A stretch of 64,000 nt of DNA. Origin: Adineta vaga (lineage: Eukaryota; Animalia; Rotifera). Within the stretch, counting starts at the first letter, position 1. The number at the start of each line of letters is the position of its first letter. The stretch covers positions 14,818,001 to 14,882,000 of the forward strand of contig CP075493.1 in the NCBI GenBank assembly GCA_021613535.1, given 5' to 3'. A model generated the notes under the pieces. The model was not told where the DNA came from. It saw only the letters and a program-made list of their open reading frames with translations, and searched no databases. The translations under genes were made by a program, and so were the position numbers. Shown piece by piece: positions 1 to 11,412 of the stretch.

Positions 1-207
1 ATGACAATGAGAATGTTGAACACAGACAGTGTCAAGCGAAGGGCATGTATTATTTGTAGAATCATACGGTTGAAGTTACGTATATGTTGCCCACAAGAAG
101 TCACACATACTAGTGTGACCGGTATTTGTCATATGAAAGCAGCCGCAGGTACTGTTTGTTGAGCAACGATTATACTGTTTAAGTCCATCACATAGTTCAG
201 ACTGCAC
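1..207 (-). pseudogene. Partial Cys-rich domain exon (runs off window edge) with an in-frame stop
   Basis: Minus-strand translation VQSELCDGLKQYNRCSTNSTCGCFHMTNTGHTSMCDFLWATYT*LQPYDSTNNTCPSLDTVCVQHSHCH, with TAA at 76-78. The Cys spacing resembles a Cys-rich module I recall as common in bdelloid secreted proteins. Confidence 0.55.
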
Positions 208-824
208 TTGAACTATTTAACATAAGAAATCAATCATTGAACGTTTACAACAAAAGAAAAATCGATGCATTTAATGAAGAATAAAATATAGAAATCTATA
301 TTATTTACCACAGAAAACTTAAAATAAAGGAGTAGATGATAGTTTTAAACATCGTTTTCATTGAAATGAATTACTTCAGTTATTGAATGGTTTTTATACA
401 TCTAGTATACCGATAATATTCTAAGTCTGAGTATTTTAAAGTAAAAAGAATCATTTAATTTTTAATCCTTCGGAAAATGAAAACTAATACAGCGCAATTG
501 TTAATATGAAGGTAAGTAACTGTATAAGAAAATACGATTTTACATCCACAATCATATCTTCAAGAATTACACAACGATCTCGAAAATGTATTATGACTCA
601 AAGCACTGGGTTATTTTCATTGTGGAGAAAAACCCATTTCCGGATTACTTCGTAAGTATAAATTCAGATGATATACAGAGAATTATTTATACTGCGAGAA
701 AAAGAAATAGAACAGACCGAAGTAAAGAAAAAAGTGAGTCATTGATATCTCCTCAATTCATAGAAGATGATTGCACAAATATGAGTAATATATTGTTCTT
801 TCTTCATATTTCTTTATAGATTAA

Positions 825-3691
825 ATGTCTACTACCAAAAATACAACTAACGAAAACTCAAAGCAACATTATACCACCAATGTAAGTAGTAGAAAATTAT
901 CTAAAAGTATCTTTTAAGAATTTAATTTTTCTCTTCTCCAGAAAATCATGGATCAAAAAACAGATGTTCTTGCTGCATTAACATTGACTACGCCAAATGA
1001 GCAGAGTACAATTCCTAAATCAATTTCATCAGCGACAACGGAATCACAGGAAGTCATCGAAGATTCGGATGATGTGATCTACACCAATCATTTTCTCTGT
1101 TCATTTGCTCGTGATCTTACTTTCTACCAGTACGACGTTAATGTTGAAGAATACCATGAACACCGAAAAGAATACATTAACATTTCCAATCGTGAGAAAC
1201 GTCATCAATTCGTCACTGATCTTCTAGTAACCAAAGTAATTCATCCAACCGCTGTCTGTTGGTATGACGACGGAAATTGTATCTACAGTACGACAGACTT
1301 CAAGGAAAAACTTCCGATTGAATATGAAAAAGAAGAGCAAGGATATAAGCGTCGTTTGACAATCAAGAAAGGTTCGATTGCAAGTACTACAAATGATCTA
1401 AACCAATTATCGATTCAAATTATCGAAATCTTGATTAAACAAGTGCTCAAAGAACAATTCAGAGCAATAGGTTCAGTTTTCTATCAATTGAATGAAATAC
1501 CACAACAGGATGGACCTTATGATCTTCTTACAGGCTTCAAACAGGCAATATGTCTTACTGAATCAGGTCCAACTTTGAATTTAGATACAACGATTACTCG
1601 ATTCTATCCACATTCTGACCTTTTACCATTTATATGGGAACGAATAATTCAACAGCAGCCATCTGATTTCCAGGGAAAGCTATCGAATCAACAATATGTT
1701 CAAATTTGTAACCATTTGAAAAGAGTTGAAGTTACGACAATTCAATCAGATCATCAAGATAAATATGTTCTTACAGGAGATTTATCAGATGATCTTCCTG
1801 AAAATATTTTCATTAAAGAGGAACAGAGTCTCTCTGACTACTATAAACAACTCGGTTATGAGATTCAACATCCACAATTATATTGTTTGAAAGCCTATCC
1901 AGTCGGCAAGCCACATAAATTAGTTGATCTATCAATTGAACATTGCAGTCTTCGAGAATGGCAACAAGTCACGGAAAATGACTACATGAAACCCGTTCCA
2001 GCACCGGCAGTTCATAAACGATTTCGTTCAATCATGAAAGCTATTAAAAAGTGCAACTTTCATGATAATGAATTATGTAAAGAAATTAAATTAAAAGTCA
2101 ATTGTGAAGGAATGATGGCGATTCCTTATGAAATTCTGAATAAACGTCAAATTGATCTCGGTCAACGAGGTAGTTTTACAAATCCAATCTCGATTGATAG
2201 AATGGGATTCATTTATCTCGCTGAACGTCAACAAAGCAATGCTAGACAAGTACAGACAAAATTATTGAACAACTTTTATAATGTACGTATTATGTTTTCC
2301 TAATTATATATCTCTAAAGATCTTCTTCATATATACTTTCTAATAGGCTGCCAAAAGACAAAATATGAAATTACCTAATAAACCGGACGAATATAGAATT
2401 TTTGCTGACAGAGATCTAGAAAATAATCTTCAAAAATATTTATCTGAACTCAAAAAAAATCGCTGTCAATTCATTCTCTGTCTTGAGAACTGCCAAGATC
2501 CAAGTATACATGAACTCTTCAAACAAATAGCATATAAAGAATATGGTATGTGGTACATTCATGGAATTCTGATAGATCTTGTCTCTCTCTCTCTCTCTTT
2601 AGGTCTTATTACTCAATGTGCTAACTTTACCAAAGTTGATAGAATTACAAATTTAGGAACTTATTGTAAAAATCTCCTTCAATCAGTGAATGCTAAACTG
2701 AGCGGCGAAAATAAACTAGTCACAGAATTACAAACATGTATGAAAACAATGTTTATTGGAGCTGATGTTCAACATACGAAAAATAATTATAATAGTGAAT
2801 TTCCTTCATTTGCAGCTGTTGTTGCAAGTATGAATTCAAAATGCACAGTCACAAATCAACGTGTCTCTCGTCAATGGCCAAACAAAGGAAAACAATCGGA
2901 AGAAGCAATTTTATTGATGAAGACAATGGTTGAAGAACTTTTAATAGCATTCAAAGATAACAATGATGGCGCTCTACCAGAGCATATCGTTTTCTATCGT
3001 GATGGAGTTGATGATGGACAATTTGAGCGAGTACAAAATGAAGAGGTAGCTGATTTGCAAAAAGCATTTCAAGGTAAAGAATCGTTTTTCTAGTTATATA
3101 AAAAGAAATTCAGAGGAATATTAGGTATGTTCTAATAAATAATTATTTTATTTTGTTTTACAGCTATTTATCCAACGGGTTCTAACCTACCTCGTCTAAC
3201 ATTTATAATCGTGAAGAAACGTCATCATACTCGTCTTTTTCGAGTGTCATCTCCGTCTATAGACAATGTTGAATCTGGTGTAGTCGTTGATACTTCCATC
3301 GTTAACATGAATTATGTCAATTTCTTTCTCAATTCACATAAACCATGTTTAGGCACAAATAAAATTGGAAGTTATGTTGTAATAGTCAACGATCTCGATT
3401 ATTCATTAAACGAATTGGAAGAACTTACTTATTCTCTCTGTTTTGCTGATCAACGTGTTGAGAGTCAATCTAGTGAATCAATTCCAAGTGTTGTGCATTT
3501 GGCTGATACTGCAGCAAGCAAAGCGAGACAATTATTTGGCAATAATACAAGGTAAAATACAAAAAATATTCTTTCGTTTTTCAAAGCTAAGATCGATATT
3601 ATTCTTTTATCTTTCCAGACCATCAAACGGTGATCGAGCAGAGATACTACGAGTTCATGAAGATATGCAAAATATACCAAATATGTTTTAA
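825..3691 (+). CDS. Divergent Argonaute-family protein (N/L1-PAZ-MID-PIWI), ~842 aa, 6 coding exons
   Basis: Exons 825-881, 942-2282, 2347-2545, 2603-3073, 3164-3551 and 3619-3691 (2529 nt) join in frame via GT-AG introns. Motifs: YTNHF, GFKQAI..TESGPTLNLD (L1), YGLITQC and NAKLSG (MID), MFIGADV, SFAAVVASM, IVFYRDGVDDGQF, TFIIVKKRHHTRLF, SGVVVDT, LEELTYSLCF, SIPSVVHLADTAASKAR, C-terminal VHEDMQNIPNMF. Confidence 0.93.
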
Positions 3692-3793
3692 ACTTTTGAC
3701 TATCATTCGAATGTCTTTTATATATTCACAAATAAAAACTACTAAATCCTGAATTGAATTTAAACCTGAAAACTTAGCGGGAATTTGAATGCC

Positions 3794-3861
3794 TGTGGGT
3801 GTGGATAGACGTCAGTGTGATTAATACTTTTCTCTTCACCGACACCCACACCCACACCCTC
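3794..3861. repeat. Head-to-head telomere-like cassette, copy 1
   Basis: TGTGGGTGTGGATA (3794-3807), a spacer, then ACACCCACACCCACACCCTC (3842-3861). The right arm is identical to 23846-23865. Confidence 0.8.
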
Positions 3862-4048
3862 TAGTAGCTTGAAATTACTGAAGGAAAACGCTTAATGATT
3901 TTTCAAAGCTTGCTTAATATCTACGGATCAGTAAAACTGCATGTAAAAATAAAGCTTTTGAATTTAAGAAGAAAGTTTTTATTTGAACAAGTACGAAAAA
4001 ATACTTGAAAAAAGTCTAAAACTTTTTGCTATTATAGAAAGTGTGTTT

Positions 4049-4276
4049 TCAGCATTGCCAGCCAATTTGACATCCACCACAATTACCTCCATCCGCGAGA
4101 AACTGTAAACCATTTAGTGGATTCTTTCCGACACGCACTTGACGTCCATCTTTAGTGCGACAACAACACGCGGTGTTAAAGATCGAGCAACATGCAGCTT
4201 CGACGTTGCCAGTCATCGATATTACCACCATCAATACCAAAACCATCATCAATATTGTTGCTGAAAACTGCTTCAT
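4049..4276 (-). CDS. Small secreted cysteine-rich peptide (75 aa)
   Basis: Hydrophobic signal peptide ending VEA|A. The 48-aa mature part has 8 Cys (CC-x6-CCC-x26-C-x2-C-x5-C). GC content is higher than the flanks, and a minus-strand polyA signal (tttatt on +) lies near 3977. Confidence 0.8.
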   Translation of the reverse strand: MKQFSATILMMVLVLMVVISMTGNVEAACCSIFNTACCCRTKDGRQVRVGKNPLNGLQFLADGGNCGGCQIGWQC

Positions 4277-4689
4277 GTTTCTTGAGATAAAGTTTTGAGC
4301 AAGATGAATAAGCTGAAATAGACAAACATTGGAAGCAAGAGTTACGTTACTAGGATGGATGAGAGTGTCGATGAAGATATACCTCTAGCCACACTCAGAA
4401 ATCCTCAATCTCAGCCTCAATGACACCTCAGAGAGTGCAGGTAATGCCATTTTCAAATTATAAAAATGAAACCGATTTTCAACTTTTTATTAAAACAGGT
4501 TGGTGGATCCTCTCTCTATATTATTTCGCTAATTTCTAATTGGACTTACCAAAATTCGAAGAGATATTCGATGGATATATTAGTTAGACATAGATTAGTT
4601 ATGATTTGAGCTCGCCTTTTATAGTTATAATAAAGGAGTAGATCAATAAATATTCAGTCCTACAAAGCTTTACAAAATATATTATTTAT

Positions 4690-5040
4690 CGAATTTATTC
4701 AGGAATAATAAACAACCCTCTCAATTCAAGTATTCATCGATTAAGAGCTTCAAATCAAGATTTCATAGTAAATAGGTATATGCGTAATATTCATTGTATT
4801 CATTCAAGGATAATGAATAACCATCAATTAAGAGCTCGTGATCAAGGTTTCATAGTAAATAGGCATATGTATAAATAGTTTCAAACGTGGTATTCATTCT
4901 ATTCATTCAAGAATAATTAATAACCATCTCAATCCAATTATCCATAGATTAAGAGCTTCTATTCAAGGTTTTACAGTACATAGGCATATGGGTAAATATT
5001 TTCAAACGTATTATTCATCGTTTTTTTTTATTCAGGGATA
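4690..5040. repeat. Degenerate tandem repeat, 3 units of ~87-121 bp
   Basis: Core ttaagagct...tcaag.tttcatagtaaataggcatatg recurs at ~4741, ~4828 and ~4949, each preceded by attcaaggataat-like sequence. Confidence 0.75.
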
Positions 5041-5875
5041 AATATGGTCAAAAATGTCCTTAATTTTTGGTCATTGAGTTGATATTGATATGGATAAGGA
5101 TAATTTATCAGCAACCATTTCAAAATTATTTCATTTTACTTCATTGTTTTCTCTTTTAGATATTAAGTGAACATAACCAATCCCAGTAGTTCCAGAGTTT
5201 CTTTTCCTCAAAGTTGGCTCGCTTTATACAGAGAACCTTTTATCAGAAGACTAAAAGTCAAGGACATTCTTGACTGTTACCGATATATGAGAAAACAACA
5301 TCGAACTTAAATGAAGCAATTGATTTTGATCTGAATCGTCGAATCCTACTCTCATTGAATATGGGATATTAATTGAAATGACGAAAAAGTTTATTTGTAA
5401 TAGTATGAGTTGGAAGCAATTTGAATGATACGAATTTAACATTACATCGAACGAAACGTCTTGTAAATTTATATGAAGAATGACAAGCAATGACAGACGG
5501 AAAAACAACAAATCATTGGTACTTTAGTTTTACACACATACTATTCTTTTTCTTCTCCTCATATTCGGGGTTTTTTATTGTTTTATTTCTGAGTCAATAA
5601 TCAAAATAAATTCATTTTGATATTAATAACAAAGGGATAGAGTTTCATCAGTTAATTAATCAACAACAAATCATGCCACTGTTTTCTGTCGTTCAATGCG
5701 TGTTGATTGAGAGTGATAGTGAATAAATACAAATATTATCATTTCTGTCAAAGTTCTAACACATTCTGCTATAACAAAAATTTTCTCCTTTAGACTATAT
5801 ATATATATCTATTTAAAAATATTTCACAACCATTTTGTTTTGCATGAAAAAGTATTCTCGTAAAACACATCACGT

Positions 5876-6360
5876 ATGTCATCTCTTCGATATCTTATTT
5901 TTGGATGTTTTCTTCTATCAGGTATGTGATTCAGACTTGAGAAAATATTGAAAAGAGAAATATATGGAATATAATTCAAACATTCATGTATATTATCTAT
6001 TCTTTTTTTGCAGTGAGTAAATTTGCCGATGGTCTCGAATGCTATCAATGTAATAATTGTAATAGTCCATTTAAACCAGAAGGTATCTTAAAATTAAACT
6101 CAAATAAAACAAATGCATTTTGCTCGGTGAGTGAAAGATTGTTTTAATACATTTAATCTAAAGTTGATATGATCCTAGAAAACGACTGCACGAAATGTTG
6201 CTACAACTCGCGGTATCACGCAGACTGTAAAGAAAACAATGTAGCTGGCTTTGGTATATGGTGTTGCAATACAGATCTATGTAATGGAGCTAATCCAACT
6301 ACTTCATCATTCTATCTTGTCTTTACAATAGCAACTATTGTCGTTACTATGTTATTCTAA
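5876..6360 (+). pseudogene. Ly6/uPAR (three-finger, quiver-like) GPI-anchored protein with an apparent frameshift in exon 3
   Basis: Exon 5876-5921 gives MSSLRYLIFGCFLLS; exon 6014-6126 gives SKFADGLECYQCNNC...AFCS. Exon 3 from 6179 reads KTTARNVATTRG, then needs a frame change to reach ADCKENNVAGFGIWCCNTDLCN plus the hydrophobic tail. Confidence 0.7.
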
Positions 6361-6834
6361 AACAGAAAATAAAACTTTTCTTCTGCTTTTGCTGATCATA
6401 CTTGATTGGCAGTATTTCTATGAATAAATAAAGTCCATCGGATATAATAATACTAAGAAAGAATTTCTACAGTCATATTTCATTAAAAGTTGGTTTATTT
6501 ATGTATGAATATCGATGAATAGATTCTATCATGTTATCTATAATAAATCGAAAAATTCTGATCACATTATATCACCATGAATAACAATATACTATGTCGT
6601 TTTATTTATTTCCTTTTCTACTGATGAAAAAATAAAGTTCCTTGAAAAACTCAAATATCCAGAGAATAATATTTCAAAAATAAATCAAATTTTTTATCAT
6701 TTCCGCTTACAAATGAGATGAATATCTTGAGAGAAAAAAAACACTTCAAGACGTATATCATGTTTTTCAGTAATATTGCTAAACATCGTCTTGTTTATCA
6801 TTGTTTCATTTTATTTTTTTTTCTCTCTCTCATA

Positions 6835-9690
6835 ATGAACAAACTTTTGATATTCAATATATTATTGATGATAACATTCTGTGATGCATCATCATTTACA
6901 TGCGATAAAAATCTTGTTTCATGTGGTTGTGGGAAAATTTCCGTTGGAATGAATGCACGAATTGTAAATGGTGAAAATGCCATATCAAATAGTTGGCCAA
7001 TGATAGTTTCATTCAGATATACCGGTGCAATATCATGGCATTTGTGTGGTGGAACAATTCTTGATGAATTACATATTTTAACAGCAGCTCATTGTGTTGA
7101 TTCTGTAATTACTGGAATTTCAATGATGAATATGACAATTGCTATTGGTCTGCATAATTTATCTCAATCAAATGGAATCATTCGTCAAATTAATAAGATC
7201 ATCATTCATCCATTATGGACATCAAATCCATTCTATCTTCTAAATGATATTGCCATTGTTCGTTTGAATCAATCACTTAATTTAGATAGAAATTCTTCAT
7301 TAACAGGAACATGTCTTCCATCACGTTCGAATAATTCAGAAGAAACAATTCAATATCCATTAAATAATACCAATCTAGTTATTATCGGATGGGGTCGATT
7401 AAATACATCAGGTTCTTCTCCTAATATTTTACAACAAGTGACAGTACAATTAATTGGTCATCGTGATAGAATGTGTGCAAGTACAGTAGTGGATCCATTC
7501 AGTCAACTTTGTGCTGATTTATATCAAGGCGGAAAGGGTAAATGGAAAAATTGATTGTTTCAAAAATTAATTTATTCCTATTGGTTTTTAGGTGCATGTT
7601 ATGGTTTGTATGTTTTTATCAGTTGAAAGATTATCGTAAGTTTTGTTTAGGTGATTCGGGAGGTCCAATATTTCAGTGGATTGGTGATCGATGGGAACAA
7701 ATTGGTATTGTTTCATATGGTGAAATGGGTTGTGCAACAAAAGGTTATCCCACTGTTTATACTCGAATATCTTATTTTATTGATTGGATTCAATCAATTA
7801 TTCAATCAAACAATACTTATAATCAATCAATTTCATTGAGAAGTCAAACAGAAAAATCATATTATAGATGTGAAAGAAATTATTTTGAATGTGGTTGTTC
7901 TCGTCGAGATGTTCTTTTATCTTCATCATCAGAAATGATTCAATATGAAAATGCTTTACCATACAGTTGGTCAATGATTGTTTCCATACGTTTTCGAAAT
8001 CAACATTTATGTTCAGGAACAATTTTAGATAATTATTTTATTTTGACAACAACATTTTGTTTGAAAAGTTATATCCCAGAAAGTTTAACAATTCATGCAG
8101 GAATTTCTTATCGAACAGAAATTGGAGGCACCATTCGAGAAGTGAATAAAATTTATCTTCATCCGAATTATCAATTCAATAACCATGATAATCTTGCTAT
8201 TTTACAATTAAAACAATCGTTAAATATTGAAAATGATATTTATCTTGCTAAAACATGTCTTCCTTCTTCTTCTTCTTTGAAACAATTCAATCGTAGTTCA
8301 GTTGTTATCATTGGATGGAATATTATTGCAAAGAGAAATTTCACTCAATCAGATCTTTTTCAACAAGCAGAAATCTTTGCAAAGAATGGAAATGATACAG
8401 ATTGTTCTTTATCTGCGTCTCAATTTTGTGCTGGTCAATTTGATAAAGATATTTGTTATGGAGGTATATGAAAAGATTCTTCTTCTGAGAAATGCTGTGC
8501 ACTTTCTTTTCTTTAGGTGATTCTGGAAGTCCAATATTTATTTGGGATAATTATCATTGGATACAAATGGGTCTTTCATCTTATTGTAAAACATCAAATA
8601 ATCTTGGTGTTTTTACGCGTTTAGATATGTATTTGGATTGGATATGGTCAATCATGGAATCAAATGAAATAAATCGATTAAATAGTTATCCGTGTGATAG
8701 AATGGGATCATGTGGTTGTGGAAAAAATTATGTTGGATCAAGTATGTCATCGAATATTGGTATTGAAACTGCAATTGGGAAAAGTTGGCCAATGATTGTT
8801 TCAATTCAAGTTTTTAATATTCATCTATGTTCGGGAACAATTTTATCTGATCTATATATTTTAACTACTGCTAGTTGTGCTGATACTATTAATTATTATG
8901 GAAATTCAACTATTGTTGCTGGTATTCATCGACTTTCAACAAATACAAAAATTACACGAAATCTTCATCAAATTTTTCTTCATCCAAATTTTGACATGAG
9001 TGATACAAATTCAATGAATGATATTGCGATTCTTCGTCTTGATTTTCCACTTCCATTGAATGATCAATCATTATCAATTGGAAAAACATGTATGTCAAAT
9101 CAAACGAATCAAGATTTTGATTTGAATTTACCAGTATTTCTTATTGGATGGAAATATGCAGCAATATATCGTACTAGTACAGATATTCTTCAACAAATTT
9201 CTGTCGAAATCGTTAATCAGAAAAATCATTCATGTTCTAATTTGTTTATGAATGAAACTTATCAAATTTGTCTTCGATCTTCACATGATAAAACAGATTT
9301 GTATTGAAGTTATCTATGTGGTGGTAAATAATACTATGATATGGAAGATAACTTTATATATTTATGTATTTCTTTAGGTGATATCGGTGGCCCAATATTA
9401 ATGTACAAAAATGATCATTGGGAACAGGTATAAATAAATTATCGAATTTCAATGATTGTTTGTATTTGATTTAGATTGGAATTATTCCATATAAATATGA
9501 TTGTGCTTCTGTTGGTTATCCAGATACCTTTATACGATTATCAGCACATATTGAATGGATAAAAAATATAACAAATTCATCGTTAACAACTTATTCATCC
9601 TCAAAACATAATGATGGAATTTGTTATTATCAGCAGAATCGATTCATTTTTACATTCATTTCTTTTTTCATGTTTATTCTTTCTGATTAA
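6835..9690 (+). CDS. Secreted/GPI-type protein with three tandem trypsin-like (S1) domains; only domain 1 has a full triad; in-frame TGA at 9305-9307
   Basis: Signal peptide MNKLLIFNILLMITFCDA. Domain 1: RIVNG, LTAAHC, NDIAI, GACYGDSGGP (via 12-nt microexon 7592-7603). Domain 2: LTTTFC/GDSGSP. Domain 3: LTTASC/GDIGGP. C-terminal hydrophobic tail FIFTFIFFFMFILSD. Confidence 0.88.
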
Positions 9691-10567
9691 TTCCGAAATA
9701 AATTTAATCATGCTTATCCTATAGCAATACAAAGAAGTACATTGATTCACACATTTTTTCCCCTCTCCATCTTATTGTCGACGGTTATAACTAACGACTA
9801 TATAGCATCTTTATAAATACGGGGTTATTTCAATAATATTACATAGGGGTATCCAAAAGTAGTGGCAACGACATTTCAGCACCACATATTAAGCTTGATA
9901 AAAGTTGCTTTGCAATTAAAATGATAGAGAAAAAATGCTCTCGTCTTCGTTGATATTTGATCATACTACAACCAATATCATAAAAATAAAATTTCGATAA
10001 GAGCTGTTTCGTTTGCATGTGTCCCCGTTATATCGTCGCTCATGTCAAACAAGGTGAAGGAGTTTAAAAAAAAAACTTCTGATAAAAACAAGATAGAAAG
10101 CTGCGGTTCTCAGCATTGAAAAGAAGAGATGAAAATGCATCGAATCATATACTACAGATTTTTCCGATCTGCTTGTTATAAGGTTTTTCAATTGATCTTT
10201 TTAAGAATAAACCTATCTCCTAAGCCATTTACAGTGAAGTTTCAATAATCAAAGAACTACAAACTGAGAAAGACTGAGATGAATAATACGTATTCTATTC
10301 AACAACAGATACTTCACTCTTATGGGGAATATTGAAACACATTCTTCTATGATTCTCAACAGGATCCTATAGAACGTGTTTAGTATGTATTTCACTATTA
10401 TTTTATCACAAAACTTTCAATTCCTATCATCTTTTTGTTGCTGGATGATTGCGATCTTCAGTTAAAATCACTATATTGCTTTGTGTAACTTGAAAATTCA
10501 TTCTTTTATTTTACTTTTATCAAGTCAAAAACAAACATTTGTTGTTTTCAAGTTCCTATGATGAAGG

Positions 10568-11214
10568 TTATGTCGCTCCAATAAAATCTCCACCTTCAAT
10601 GAGACACCATGCACATGAATGCTCTTTGAATTCAACTGTAATCTTGTAATTCTCAGCATCTGCCGTCAAATACATTTCAGGTTCATCAACTGGTTTTATG
10701 ACATAATTGCCACTATTTGTCAGTTCAACAGACCAATGTTGACTAGTTGCTGTATGATTCGTTCGATTAAATCCGAGATAAGTTTGACTTCTATCAAAAA
10801 GAAGTGATCTTGTCGGACCGAAAAATCGAGATGTTATACGATAAATGTTCGGCGATGTGTCCTCAACTGGTATAAAACGAAACAATGGTATTGAATAAGG
10901 GAAATCTGAGCGGTAAAGCCCAAGTTGAGGATCACCACTGGAATAGATGCCAGCAGTGGTAAAGTTTCCGGATTGCATAAATAAATCATTGGAACAGTAG
11001 ATTCTATAGTTATTCGATGAAAGCGTATCTAACACAAAAAGTAAGTGAAGATTGATCATAGAAGAAACAAAACTTACTATTAACTGATCCGTGTATAAAT
11101 CCTATAAAATAAATGTAGAAAATATCTTACTCTCTATGATTATTATAAAATACTCTTACCTCCAATAATTGTTAATAGTTAGGATAGAGATAAACGTATT
11201 TCAATGAAAAGCAT
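10568..11214 (-). pseudogene. Secreted beta-trefoil/ricin-B-lectin-like protein; in-frame stop in the predicted signal exon
   Basis: The main exon has QHW..NSGNYVIKP..PEMYLTAD and CAWCL, resembling QxW beta-trefoil repeats. Upstream exons give MLFIEIRLSLS*LLTIIG|GFIHGSVN|NTLSS with TAA at 11179-11181. Confidence 0.5.
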
Positions 11215-11412
11215 TAAATGTAAGAAAAACTATTTTTCTCAGGGTAATATTTAAGTGAGAGAATAAACCCTACCGTCACAGTCTTCTATCAAAGAAGAGA
11301 TATAAGTAACACAACTGTCAATGATGATGAAGATGTTTGTCTCTTATCATCATTTATAAGTGTGCGTTTTTTTGTCTTCTTATATCTATACACACTATTT
11401 TAAATTTTAGTA

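Noticed and set aside
586-819. 77-aa ORF upstream of Argonaute
   Set aside because: No motif. It overlaps probable 5' UTR exon/intron sequence (gtgagt donor at 734, acceptor at 819).
3114-3124. Possible 11-nt microexon (cag|aggaatattag|gtatgt) in Argonaute intron 4
   Set aside because: It would shift the frame, the flanking introns would be only ~40 nt, and the gene is in frame without it.
4690-5040. CRISPR-like repeat-spacer appearance
   Set aside because: The intervening sequences are themselves homologous and the repeats degenerate; eukaryotic context with no cas genes.
9815-10230. Possible Tc1/mariner-like transposon end (tacggggttatttc / taggggtatccaaaagtagtgg)
   Set aside because: No matching opposite TIR or transposase remnant found by eye.
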